Source: Macrostomum hystrix
Lineage: Eukaryota > Animalia > Platyhelminthes
NCBI GenBank assembly: GCA_950097015.1
Contig: CATNEN010000002.1
Location: forward strand, 6,758,001 to 6,822,000
Direction of reading: 5' to 3'
Length of the DNA: 64,000 bases
Shown one piece after another: positions 1 through 11,842 of the stretch. Within the stretch, counting starts at the first letter, position 1. Every line of letters starts with the position of its first letter. The translations under genes were made by a program, and so were the position numbers. The notes under the pieces are model-generated. The model ran no database searches and had not been told where the DNA came from. It was given only the letters and a program-made list of their open reading frames with translations.

Positions 1-986
1 GCCGTCGGTGCACCTTAGTGCTCTCCGCTAGCCCCGCGTCTCGTTGGGGGTTGAAGCCACGAACTAGGGCCGCCTACCTGTGTCGCCAATCACAACAGTT
101 TTTAAAAGGAAAATAAATAAATTTTATAAATATAAAAAAAGTATCGCTATCCCTTTGGGAGTGTCGCTCGCTTTCGTCTCGTCCAATTTTTCCGCCTTCC
201 CCAGGTGTTTAACACCTGAATAGCTGGTGCCAGCTTGCAGGACTTACACCAAAGCGATACATTGAACTACCTATGAATCGTTGGAATTTGCTACAATGTC
301 TATATTAGCTGTGCTATCTTCCCAGATTGTTTAACTCCTGTCCTCAATAAGGCGATCGATAGGTAAATGGATACAACAGCTCCTCTTGTACGTTCGCTTT
401 CCAAAGAGGCCCATCAGATCCTAATGAAATTCAGATGCTTTCAATCAGTTTTAGTTTTTTCATCGCATGCATTAACTGGTGTAGCGTTTCAGGAGAGCTA
501 ATTTATCTATAAGAATGAGAACTCAAAGAAGCAAGCTAGCAACAGGTAAAAGGTGCATATTTGTGATATATCTGGGAGCCTGAATGAATTTTTTTGAAAT
601 ATTCATTCACGTTTCCAGGTTTCGTTTCACCCACGGAAGTAGATCAGAGTTGAGCTTCGATTCGTTGTTTAAATTCAAATTTGCTCAATAAAGTTCTACT
701 ACCAATCTCATGCAAAAATTGGTTTATTTATTCTCTTCAATGACTTTATCTTCTTGACCACAAGTTACTACTTACTAGTACTATATTACTTTAAAGTCTG
801 TAAAAGCTTGCTGGTATTAAAAATTACGATTTTTTTTAAATAACACAATATTTTTTTGTTTAGATAAAAACATTCAAGTCTAAAGGTCGCCAATGTCGAC
901 CCATTTTTTCTAGCATAGTTGCTAGCATAGTTTTCTAGCATAGACTGCCTAGCCTTAAGATCAAATGGACGTATGATCTCACAATT

Positions 987-1490
987 TTGAGCTCTCCATT
1001 GTCTCATTTCTCCCCTGCCACATCTCTCCCTAGCAACATCTCTCCACAGTCTCATTTCTCCCCCTGCAACATCTCTCCACTATCTCATTTCTCCCCTACC
1101 ACATCTCTCCCCTATCTCATTTCTCCCCTGCCGCATCTCTCCCCTGCCACATTTCTCCCCTGCCACATCTCTTCCCTGCCACATCTCTCCCCTGCCACAT
1201 CTCTCCAATGTCTCATTTCTCACCTGCCACATCTCTCCCCTGCCACATCTCTCCTGTGTTTCTCCAGTGTCTCATCTCTCCTGTGTTTCATCTCTCCCAT
1301 GTCTCATCTCTCCAGTGTCTCATCTCTCCTGTGTTTCATCTCTCCCATGTCTCATCTCTCCAGTGTCTCATCTCTCCAGTGTCTCATCTCTCCAGTGTCT
1401 CATCTCTCCTGTGTTTCATCTCTCCCATGTCTCATCTCTCCTGTGTTTCATCTCTCCCATGTCTCATCTCTCCTGTGTTTCATCTGCTAC
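987..1490. repeat. CT-rich degenerate minisatellite (variants of TCTCATCTCTCCTGTGTTTCA)
   Basis: Visible tandem reiteration of catctctcc/tctcatttctccc motifs; explains the repetitive ORFs 987-1585. Confidence 0.9.
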
Positions 1491-3214
1491 AGGGCTCTCT
1501 CTTTAATATTCTCTACTGTAATGTTACACTCTCACTATTACTGTCTCTACTCTCATTAATACCAATATTACCTTATAGTTACTAAGATCACTATTTCCTA
1601 CAAGTGGCGCTGCCACCAAGCAGAAGGGACTGCTATCAGAGGAATGTTCCTAAGATATTACTTATTTATACTACTAAATGCACTTTTATTTATCTAGGGT
1701 AACGTTTTTCTCTTTCTCTCTCTTGTACGTGTATGCGTGGCCTGAGAGGTCTTTTGGCACCGGTTATGCACTCAATCCGTCAGGCGTACCTGTGGATTAG
1801 AGGGCCACAGCAATAAGCCTTTGGATACCTATGGATAGACTCCGAAATTCGGGTATTACTCTCCGAAAGTACTTCTTCGGGAATTAATCTGGTTATCCTC
1901 TGAATATTCTATTCGGGTCAACTGTCTTTCATATCCTCTGAACTCTCCTGTTCAGGTAAAACTTTCTCACTCTCTGAACACTCTGCTCAGGTATAGATTC
2001 TAAAGAACAAAATCTCAAAAACCTTTCTCCTTTTCTCTGATTTTAAGCGGTATGTTTGGTCACTTGTTTGCAAGGAAAGTTAATGTCCCAAAGGCACAAG
2101 AAGATGAATTTCTCGCAAGAAATTCCTTGCTTTTTGGTGTTTTATTTGCAATTATTAAGAAAAAATTATTTTAAAAATATTTTTTTTCGATTGCGATTAT
2201 TTTAACAAAAATTTATTGAGAAAAATATTTGACTGTTGAAACATTTATTCTAATCTAATCGAAAAAATTTTTTTTTAATTATTTCACTTAAAACAAATTG
2301 TTATTCGCGAAAATGTAACATAATAAAATTTTGAAATATGTAGGATCTTTATTAATTTATATTTGTAAGTTTTATTCTTTATAGTATTATATGTAAAGTG
2401 AAAAAAATAGAAATGTTTTAGAGGTTTTAAAAATAGTTTTTTCTCGTTCTCTTTTGTCTCACCTTTCTATTCAAGTAGACTAAACACGGGACAACTGTAC
2501 TAATAAACAGGTTCGCGTAAACATGTTGTTGTGTTAGAAAAATTTAACGACTTTTATAATTGCTCAAACAAAAATAGACATAGTTTACATCTTCTTTTCA
2601 GTCTCAAAAGATTTCACCTGTCTGCTTGTCCTTGATGATTGGTTTCTGAATAGGAAAGTTTAAAACGCAATAGTCAGAAAGGATTCGCAAAAAACTCTTT
2701 TCAATAGAAATTCTGAAGCACTAAGCCAGAAATGTTTCTTTTTTATCCTCTTTTGACTCTGCCCTTAAAACAGCCTCAAAACACCTGCATGGCTATCTAT
2801 GGTGCGAATAGTGCTTTCCATGCCAGGTGTAAGATCAACGATTTTTCGTGCAGAATCGAGGCTGAAATCCTTCACGCTGATGACTTGGCATCTGACAGAC
2901 AGCTTTGCATCAGCTCAAGTGCTGGCACCTGCTCAGCTGAGTCAAAAACAATCTGCATGCCTGGATACGGTGTCTAAAAACCAGGCACTGACTCTAGAGA
3001 GTCACGAGAGCGGCAACATTCGTTTTTCGCGAATTCTAAAATTGTTAGTTTTAACCTTCAGATGTGATCGTTCACATTTTTCTAAATGGCTCTTTATTTT
3101 TCAGCGCAATATGTTCCTCTATAGACACCAACAAGGCATTGGAGCTTCGGTAATGCGCTGAAATTAAAAAAATAAAAATAAAAAAAGTGATATTAATACT
3201 GCAATTTATTAAAC

Positions 3215-3285
3215 CTGCCCCCCGGGAATCGAACCTCAGATCTTTAATTCGTGAGTCCGACACCCTAACCACTAGGCTGCAACCC
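3215..3285 (-). mobile_element. tRNA-derived SINE head / tRNA pseudogene
   Basis: Minus strand reads GCAGCCTAGTGGTTAGGGTGTCGGACTCACGAATTAAAGATCTGAGGTTCGATTCCCGGG, with A-box (TAGTGGTTAGG) and B-box (GGTTCGATTCC). Stems do not pair cleanly, so not a functional tRNA. Related copy at 40445-40506. Confidence 0.55.
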
Positions 3286-3759
3286 TTTTTTAAGATACAT
3301 GTTCTGATTATTTAGATTTATGTCTTTATCCCACCGCTGTTACCAAAGTTGTTACAGGGTTATATGATTAATAACTGAGATCTCAGCGAATGCCACCAAA
3401 GCTGTTATGGGCCTATCCTATCAATCAATAAGATCTCACTGCTGTTACCACAATCAAGTAGGTATTTATTATGCTTTAGACTGGCGGTCCTAAAATGGGC
3501 CGTTTAACTCCCGATATTCCGCGATGTTATTATTTTCGCGAGCTTCAATACTCTAATGGTATAGCGTTTACTTCACACGATCTGGTAGCGTCTTTTGCAC
3601 GAGCGGTAACTTAGGCAACTGAATGGCCAGCTCAGTCCTAGAAAAGTGAGTTTGATTTAGTCAGTACTCGGGGTTTACCGTAGACTCGATGAAGTCGATT
3701 TAGTCAAGTCCCTCTAAATCTGTCTTTTGTAACTTTTATTAGGTCAAAGTTAATTTTAT

Positions 3760-4130
3760 TTAGTCGTTACAGCCATGAGATACACTTATGGTTTGAATGG
3801 TACAGGGTTGCCAGTTTGGGAGCAACATAATCAAGCGTTGCCGCATGTCATTGAGCGTCAAGGTGGGTGTTTCACCAAAAAATTCAACAGGGCTGTCAAG
3901 CATAGCTTCAGTTAAAGCTTTTGGCTTATTTCCACCTCGTCTCAATGCCTGAACGCGTTCACTCTGTTCGTATTTAACGATAACATTTCTGGCAGACTGA
4001 CATGGAATGTTTAGCTGTCTCGCTAGTTGCTGCCAATAGACATTGCCAATAAAGGCGTCGATGAGTCTTCGCCGATGAGTCATCATAGTCTATGGTTAGA
4101 ATATCCTCGGCTGGAATCAATGGTCGTCGG
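3760..4130 (-). pseudogene. Truncated, frameshifted Tc1/IS630-superfamily transposase N-terminal HTH fragment
   Basis: RRPLIPAED (one frame) joins RRLIDAF..YWQQLARQLNIP..SARNVIVKY...VQALRRGGNKPKALTEAML...P.LTL..MR.RL (ORF 3760-4086). This resembles the HTH region of DD34E/DDE_3 transposases; no catalytic domain or TIRs found. Confidence 0.55.
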
Positions 4131-5320
4131 CTCGCTACGCTCGCCTCGAGACCATTAAATACAGCCTCGGACATTCTAACCAAGAATGTGAATTAAACGG
4201 CGTTTATTATATATATACTTACACTACAACATTATTATTACTTACACTACAACATTACAACATTATATGACTGAAAGGAATCAAGTACAAATAAAGTATG
4301 CTTTGTGTCACTAGCACGGCTTACAATAATGCCATACGTAATGTTACGGTATCTTTATCGGTGCCCTTGATACCCAATTAAATAGAAATGGAAATCTATT
4401 TTCCAGACTTCAAATAAACTAAAAGGAACTGAGTTATACAAGAAAGTTTAGCTCAAATGAAATAAAATGAACTTAATTAAAAAATTCTAAACTGAACCAA
4501 AAGGCAAGTGAAGAGACCAAAGAACTTTAGGCATCGAAGCGTTGAATACGTATGACCACACAATGCGTACATGACATGAATATTTAGGCAGCATATTTGG
4601 TCACGTGGTTTGCAAATATGCCAAATCTGTCCTTCAACAGCCAGTCACGCTGCTGTTCAAGGCCTTAGCGGGTAGGCCTTTCTAAAAAAGTCCAAAGCCT
4701 TCCATCTTGCTCCCGCTGACAAACGCAATCAGCAAGCAACCCACGGCTGCTTTTGAATGCTTGGCCAAAAAAGGAAGCGGTAGTTTTTTGCTTGCTAGAT
4801 AGAATTCTACTAAGTCATGCTGTTCCATGATTGGTTACCGAGCTGTAGAGCTGTTGTTGTGTTCAGAATTGTAGCTGTCCTGTCAGGATTTACGTACTTG
4901 TTCTAAATTTATAGGCGTACTTGAAAAATGTTTTTTTATTGACTAGAGTCATGCTTGATCAGAGTCAGGTCATTGTCCTTGCTGCTGTTTTTAATGAGAC
5001 AAACCAGTTTATACTGCATGCTTCCGTTGTGTCTTCATTCTCTCGTTCCTCTTCCTGTCTCTCCAAAAGCAGTTGCAAAACAATTTTCCTAAACGTTGTT
5101 TTTCTGGTCGCTGGTGAAGTAGCAAACAGAGAAATCGATGTTGCGATGTGTGAATTTTAAGTTTGCATTTTGTATCGAGCTGGGACGGCGCCCCTGGCAA
5201 TAGCGCTAATTTGACTTTGTATTTTCCTGATTCAAGTAACATTTTTTATTTTAGCATCGTAAAAGCGAGTCTGTTTTGTGTTCAGAGGCGTCACAGGTTT
5301 GCATTATGCGGATCAGCGGG

Positions 5321-5836
5321 TCAGAACTCGCAGAACTGATGAAGGTAGCTCCGGCGACACCAATTGCAGCAGCAGTTGGACACGACGTCCTCAGTTCGGC
5401 GAACAGCGGAGCAGCGCCGGATTTGCTGGCTGCGATGCAACACGGCCTTCGAGCCGACTGAAAATGACCATTTTTTAATATTAATCTATTGGATCAAGCG
5501 AGTCGGTGGAATTGATTCCACAGAAAATGCATACTTTGAACAGAACGAGCCAGCTCAGGTGTTTCGGCATCGGAGTCGGCATCGGAGCCGTACAGCTCAG
5601 TCCCGCGCTCTCTGCAGACTGCAATCAAAGCGGCCTTCAAATCAGCGCCACAGGCTCGGATCCACTGGGCCTGAAATTGTTCGTTATCTATTTTTTGTTG
5701 CTGCTCAAAATAAATACTGACGGCTCAACTAGACTTAGTGATAGACAAATCTTACCGGGTTCTTTTTCTGACAGCTGACTTCAACGATCATGACACCAAA
5801 AACAAGCATAGCAACAAGCGATAGTGTCAGGCGCAT
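5321..5836 (-). CDS. Insulin-like peptide precursor, paralog 1 (3 exons: 5780-5836, 5535-5670, 5321-5457; 109 aa)
   Basis: Hand-spliced at GT-AG introns (phases 0 and 1): MRLTLSLVAMLVFGVMIVEA|QWIRACGADLKAALIAVCRERG...QIRRCSAVRRTEDVVSNCCCNWCRRSYLHQFCEF*. Signal peptide, B-chain CGxxLxxxLxxxC and A-chain CC-x3-C-x8-C signatures are present. Confidence 0.9.
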
Positions 5837-5925
5837 GATCAGCAAGGTGAGTTTTATTTCTAGAGAAAGTTGCAGCTCGCAGCCAGCTTGCTATGGAATC
5901 GACTGAGCAAGCGCCCTTGCTGCCA

Positions 5926-5968
5926 TATTTATAGGGAGTCGAGGCGATTGCAGACCGCATCTGATTGG
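5926..5968 (-). promoter_or_regulatory. Candidate TATA (TATAAATA, 5926-5933) and CCAAT (5964-5968) boxes of ILP paralog 1
   Basis: Minus-strand motifs about 90 and 130 bp upstream of the ATG at 5836; similar arrangements upstream of paralogs 2 and 3. Confidence 0.4.
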
Positions 5969-8113
5969 TGGCCCCATTCGCTGTCCGATCCCTATTTTTA
6001 GATACTATTTTTAGCAAGAACCTTTCCATTTTAGTTTGATGATTTTTATTATCATCATTGACAAAAAGGCGAAAAACAAATCAAAGCATGACGAAAAGTA
6101 CTGATGCTATGCCGAATGTATTCGAGTATCACCGGGCTGCGTCTTAGGTACGCGACGTTGCATCTCATTAAACCCCCGGGTTTCCACAGTGACCAAAAAC
6201 AAAATCCCGATTTAATCAGCTGGCAGCCTTCAATGGCACGAATGTTTTTATTGCTAAATCTTAGTTTTCTCGAAGCTTTAAGAGTAACTATGAAATCTGT
6301 AGTTTTGCAAACCAGAAATGCTCCTGCCTTGATTTTACTATATAACGAAACAGCCATTTGTTGATTGTCCATTAAACGACAAGCGTGCACTAGTTGATGT
6401 ATTTTTAACCGGCGAAATAAACACTTACAAGACTTGCCAAAAATAGGTCATGCAATTTCAAATAGTCTATGGCAAAAGTGGGGTTCGAATTGCCATAGAA
6501 TTCTCTAGCTCTATGTTAAGGTATCGAATTCTATGGCAGTATCACGCCGGCACTTTTTTCTTCCAACCTAAAAACCGGCTGTAAATAAACAAATTTAAAA
6601 TAAGTAGTTTTGGCCCGAGAAGCATGATCAAGCTCATCGGTCATTTGTTTTTTTACTAGCTCTCAATTCAGGCGCATAAAACTTTCCGGTGATGCACGAT
6701 TCAAATTTACATTTTTTCACTTTTTTCATATTTTTGGGTCTATTATTTGGTTTGGAATTTGGAATACAATAGAATGACAATGATTAATGAATGGATGAAT
6801 GGACAGCCACCACTCAAATTGCGCTGCGCTTCCAAAAGCCGTGTACAACGATTCCGTCCATGGACTGTGTAGACCAACTCCAAGAAGGAACTGCTCTTCA
6901 TGCTCTGAGCATGGATTAAATGAACGTTATTATGAATATTTTGCAGGCTGAAAGATTCAGTCATTTACTCCCAGAGATCGCTTACTCACAGTAGTGTCAA
7001 GAGTTTGACATATTTATTCTGCTCATTTGAATCGGAACAATTTATATTTATCATCAGTTCCGGAAAAGGACTTCAGATTGATAGCTTTTATTATCTGTGA
7101 CATGGTGACGTGCCAACTTGCAATCATAGTGCACATTCACCCGTTCTCAAAATCCTATTACTGACTGCATGAACAGGTTTTGTCTATCACTTGGTATTTA
7201 AAAATCGATCACTTGCTTTGCTTGGCAGTTCTAAAAGTAGAACCTATAATTACCAATTAGCAACAAAATAATGGGATCAATAAATAATTCCACGAATATC
7301 GTACTCTGCTCTCATTCATTCACCGAACGCCAGGACATTGTCCAGCTGCAGGATGATGCCAACAGATGCCAGATTTATCAGCGGTTGCAAAAAGCTGTTC
7401 CAGCAAGTCAGTAGATTTCATCGTGTTGACAGCGCCTTCTAGCAGCACCAGATCGCCTTTTACAGTCCAGATGACTTAGGCCACGTTGCAGCATGCGTGA
7501 CTGGACATGCCTGCTGCTTAACAGACCCACATGTTGGGCAGGACAGGTCAGGAGGTTTTAAAAACAATGCTGCGTGTGATTCACCCACCCCCTCTTTAGC
7601 GAAACGATGCAAAAGTTGTCAAAATAAAACACTACAGTTTCCTAAAAAATGCAAAGAATGCAAGCCCCCCCCGAGTAATGTCCAATCAGCAGGGAGATGC
7701 ATCTCAGAACATTCTTGGACTATCACTATTCTTTTGAATACTGTATTAGCTCATGCGCGAACTACGTGTGTACTACGTGTTACATAGTCGTGAATTTTTA
7801 GCTTTATTCGTCAGCTTCTTTCAAATGATTCAAATGCAGAGCATTCTCAGCGTGTCGAAGCATTTAGGAGCTAAGAAAGATATTTAAAGTTTTTTTGCAT
7901 GTCAATGCCGTCAGAGTTTCGTCAGTTAAATATATTTCTATCAAAGATGGCTTGAAGGATAAACACAGAAAGGTAGCAGAGCGTATTTAGGGGTGGGGCC
8001 TTGCTTTAACTAGTAACAAAATAAACGGTTCAATCCGAACACGGGAATATTTGAAGTTGAACTACCATTGTCTTCGCCCGATCCATACAGCTCAACTGGT
8101 GTGTCATCCGGTC

Positions 8114-9081
8114 TTAAACGGGGCCGGGTTTGGCGCAGTATGTGTGCAGGTAGGACACGCGGCACCACCTGCAGCAGCAGTTGTAAACAATGTCAACACT
8201 CTCGATGTAGCACCTCAGCTGGTTGATGGACTTGTTGCGCTTTGTCAGTAGTCTGGTCACTGGAAAATGGGAACATTTCTTAGAACTGAGGTTCCCAATT
8301 TACTGCAGTGCTCGACTATGGCTTTATTTTTTCTCCTTGTATAATTTTGATGTAAAAATCCTTAACTGTTACTTAAGTAGTTACATTCGAATTGATTATA
8401 ATTTACTATCTTTTTATGAGTCTCATCGACTGTTATGAGACAGTGTAAAGGGAAAGCTTTATGACGTTCAAGTGGCCATAGACGCCATGAGCTTTTGGCC
8501 GTAGACATCCATTCAATCAACGCATGTTCATGTGTGTCAATTTATCAACTCATGCTTGAGGTTTTTAAAAAATCTAAAAGCTACAACAAAATGTATTGTG
8601 CCTATGGTAAGGCCGGATGCAATTCCTATTGGCCTCTGCACACCAGGTGGCATCAGCTTGACTACCACAGCGTGGCGCTCTCACCGTAGCTAACTTCCGA
8701 ACTGCTGTCGAATACGCCACCCCTGTCGGCGCAGGCGGAGTGCAACTCTTCGACTAGTCGATGACCGCACTCATTCAGCCAGCGAGCCTGCAAGTTTGCA
8801 TGGACAAGCGGAGGATCAAACGAATTGCAAAATATAATTTGGGGTCATCAGTGGCTCTGAAAAGGCAAGCTTGATTTCGGAGTTATTCTAACCGATGTTA
8901 GCTAATGTTTTTGGTCCTTTAAGAACCTTTACTTCAAGTACTATTTAGCATGCTTCGATTAAAACTCAAATTCTGATCTCACCGGGTTGTTGTTTTGTGA
9001 GCAGTTGCTGTGCCAGCACAGGTTGGCGAGACACAGAACTAGAAGCAATGCGTGACTTCCGCGAAGGGTTAATCCGACCAT
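8114..9081 (-). CDS. Insulin-like peptide precursor, paralog 2 (3 exons: 8983-9081, 8685-8787, 8114-8259; 115 aa)
   Basis: MVGLTLRGSHALLLVLCLANLCWHSNCSQNNNP|ARWLNECGHRLVEELHSACADRGGVFDSSSEVSY|VTRLLTKRNKSINQLRCYIESVDIVYNCCCRWCRVSYLHTYCAKPGPV*. GT-AG introns with the same phases (0, 1) as paralog 1. Confidence 0.92.
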
Positions 9082-10223
9082 GGCGAGTCTTTTTCGAGTA
9101 GGCGGAGGGCGTCGAGCGACGAAGTTCTTGGGTCCCAACAGGATTTAGATGGCTAAATCGCTTGACTTTACTGAGTTAGAGAGATTATCTGATTGCTGCT
9201 CGGATTACTGCTCCAGTGTGAAACTCTCGGGCTTTTCAGTGTGAAAGGCTGCGCTCCTTTATTGTGGAAGTCGCCCTTCTCAGTCCCCGTCCCATTGGCT
9301 GCCAAATATGATGCGTAGGCAGCCAATCCTTTCTAATCCGGATGACTGAACCAGACTGCACGCTCTGTCATGGGCCGGCTGATGTTACTCAAATATCGAT
9401 GGTGATGCTGGAGCTGCATCGGATTATAAGTCGAAACAATTATAACACTAGCCTGTAAGCCATGGTACCTATGTCTTTTATGCTTCTACGAGAATACTCA
9501 TTGAAGACAGTAGGTGGTATATAGGCTCGTATGCGCTCTATAGAGCCTGCTATATATTAGAAAATATTTAAGTTGAAGTAGCCTAAAATATCGTGATATC
9601 GAGCTGTTCGAAACTAAGAAAAAACGTGTACGTCTTCCTTTTTCATGCTGTGTATTATATTTTTAGAAATTTTCTTTTCGGTCGCCAGTGTGTGGTTCAA
9701 TAAGTTTAGTATAGTAGACTAGCTGAAACAACCTCCGTAAATTAGTTCTTTAGCTTGATTCGGCATCTGTTGGCCGACTATAATCATAATTTGTAGCTTC
9801 ATGACTTCAAATGCTTCAAATGCATGAGACAAGTATTTGAGTTATTGCTTACTGTCAGAATTTACTTCTGATTGGTGCTTCATAAACGCGAATTTGAAAA
9901 AACGTTGGAAAGAAGGCTAAACGTTAGTTTTAACTACTTATGCTACGAAGCATAGATTTTCGTCGCAGAGCTGTTTGCGTCCATTTTTATTAAGACAAAA
10001 GGTTGATTAGCATGACAAAAAATCAGCACAAATGGCGCAATCTTGCATGCAAAATTGGGTTCAAGAGGTTCAAGAGGGCCAAAATACTCCGCCCTCTGTC
10101 TGCGCTTCTGCTTTTGGGACTAAAATGGCTTAAAAAATAATATTGTCCGAGAGAGTAGGAGACAAACAGTCGCATGGATGCTGGCTCTGGAATGTCCACT
10201 GGCTAGCAGCTGGTTGCTGATCT

Positions 10224-10757
10224 TCAAATTGGTCGTTCGTAGGCGCAGTACTGGTGCAGGTAGGACACCTTGCACCAGCGGCAGCAGCATTGGTTCACCA
10301 GATCGTCGTTCTGGTTAAGCATGCAGCGCAGGTCGATCATGCTGGTGGAGCTGCGCTTGCTGGCCGCCACACCTGCGGATGGTCCGGGTTCGAATTGGCA
10401 TGAACAGAACTAAATCTGAGTCAGATTTTTTTCTGGAAGGACAAAGAGCAACTCACGCGCCATCAGGGCCCTTGTGGAGGCCATTTGCCGTCGGCGGCTC
10501 ATGAACTGCCTCTGGCCGCTGGAGCTGTCGTAGACTCCGCCACGGTCGGAGCACGCGTTCACCAACTCCCGGACCAGGCCATCGCCGCATTCGTTCAAGA
10601 AGCGATCCTTCGAACAGCGTTGCATGGAAGGGAGAATAAGATTTGCTCTGATGGAAAGATATAAAAGCGAACGTCAGCAACTTACCGGATCGCCGCGAGC
10701 GAAACAGTAGCAAACGGTGCAGGCCACGATCAGTGCGATCAAGATAATTCTGCTCAT
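10224..10757 (-). CDS. Insulin-like peptide precursor, paralog 3 (3 exons: 10686-10757, 10457-10607, 10224-10372; 123 aa)
   Basis: MSRIILIALIVACTVCYCFARGDP|DRFLNECGDGLVRELVNACSDRGGVYDSSSGQRQFMSRRRQMASTRALMA|RVAASKRSSTSMIDLRCMLNQNDDLVNQCCCRWCKVSYLHQYCAYERPI*. Exon 2 is partly visible as ORF 10410-10625. Confidence 0.92.
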
Positions 10758-11476
10758 CTTTAGGAGGTTGAGTCGCTCGCTCGGCAAAGATAGAATCTCA
10801 GAGAGAAATCAAGCAAACGCGACGGGGATCTGGCGCGGTTTTTGGCGCTGGACCAGGGCCCTGTGGTATTTATGCCCGCGACAGGTTCAGGGGAGGCATC
10901 AGTTTGGCTGCGTCACACGCCAATAATTGGGCATCGGCTTTCAAAAGAGCAAAAATCTTTAAAGCAGCGATTTTCTAAAGCCTAACTGGCACAAACCAGT
11001 CCAGCTGCTAGGTTCACCTGCACTGACACCTGAACGTTGGCGTGCCGAGGCTGGCACGAACAACTGTCTGGGGCTTTCGGTTTCACAGCCACCGTGCTCA
11101 GTGGCGCGGACGTAATTGGGATTTAGTAGAGGATGGGTGGATGATTGGGGGAAATTTCGAGAAAAACAAGCGATCGAATGGCCCTGCCCGCGTCTGCGCA
11201 AAAGCGAAAAACAAAAAGAAAAATTTTAAATGGCTCTGTCGAAGAGGAGCAAAGTTTTCATCTCAGTTCTTATGAAACCGGGACGAGCTCGTCATAATCT
11301 AGTCGCGTCTGGAGAAACGTCTGGAATCTTATCTAGCATCTTATCGTTAATTTGACGATTCTCTTAATCAAAGATATTTTATACCGAGTCGTCAGCTTCA
11401 GATGAAGTGCAATTTCAATTTTCTTGCGCAAGACAGAAGGACAGCTAGAGTCTTATCCGTACCTGCGATCGAAGTA

Positions 11477-11544
11477 TCGGACCGTTAAACCAGTGAGTCG
11501 AAGCCAGGCGGTTGGCACGGCGTGCGCAAGTTGGAAACTGGCCC
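11477..11544. repeat. 68-bp direct repeat, copy 2 (candidate B2 of a Ngaro-type split direct repeat)
   Basis: tcggaccgttaaaccagtgagtcgaagccaggcggttggcacggcgtgcgcaagttggaaactggccc; 63/68 identical to 11843-11910. Confidence 0.9.
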
Positions 11545-11842
11545 TTAAGAATCGAGCATTATCAATGTGCTTAATGAAATTTTATTTAATGAGCGAGAGA
11601 CGAAGGCAATTTAAAAGAGAAACACTATTAATTGTGAATTAAAAGCAGAAACATTGGCGCAAAAAAAATCAATAAGCCTCTCGGAGAGACGCGCCGGCGC
11701 ACAGCGCGCCACACTAAATAGGGCTGGGAAAGGCCGACCCCAAGAGGGGGGCGGCCCCGCGACCAGGCAACGTACATGCACCCCCGCACCAATGCACAAG
11801 CCCCCAACACCCCGGTTTAACCTCCAACCAAGCTACGCTCGG

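Noticed and set aside
2590-2990. Possible small exons of an unidentified gene (e.g. minus-strand QVISVKDFSLDSARKIVDLTPGMESTIRTIDSHA)
   Set aside because: No recognisable family and the splice phases could not be chained into a model.
3215-3285. Functional tRNA gene
   Set aside because: A and B boxes are present but the acceptor and anticodon stems do not pair; treated as a SINE head or pseudogene. The same applies to 20225-20310 and 40445-40506.
7230-7480. Possible decayed DDE transposase segment (minus strand: VIWTVKGDLVLLEGAVN... / IILQLDN)
   Set aside because: Interrupted by stops and frameshifts; similarity rests on a few residues and cannot be supported without a search.
7497-7787. CxxC...CxxC stretch (KRCKSCQNKTLQFPKKCKECK) reminiscent of a piggyBac Cys-rich tail
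   Set aside because: Too short, with no adjoining transposase core or TTAA/TIR evidence.
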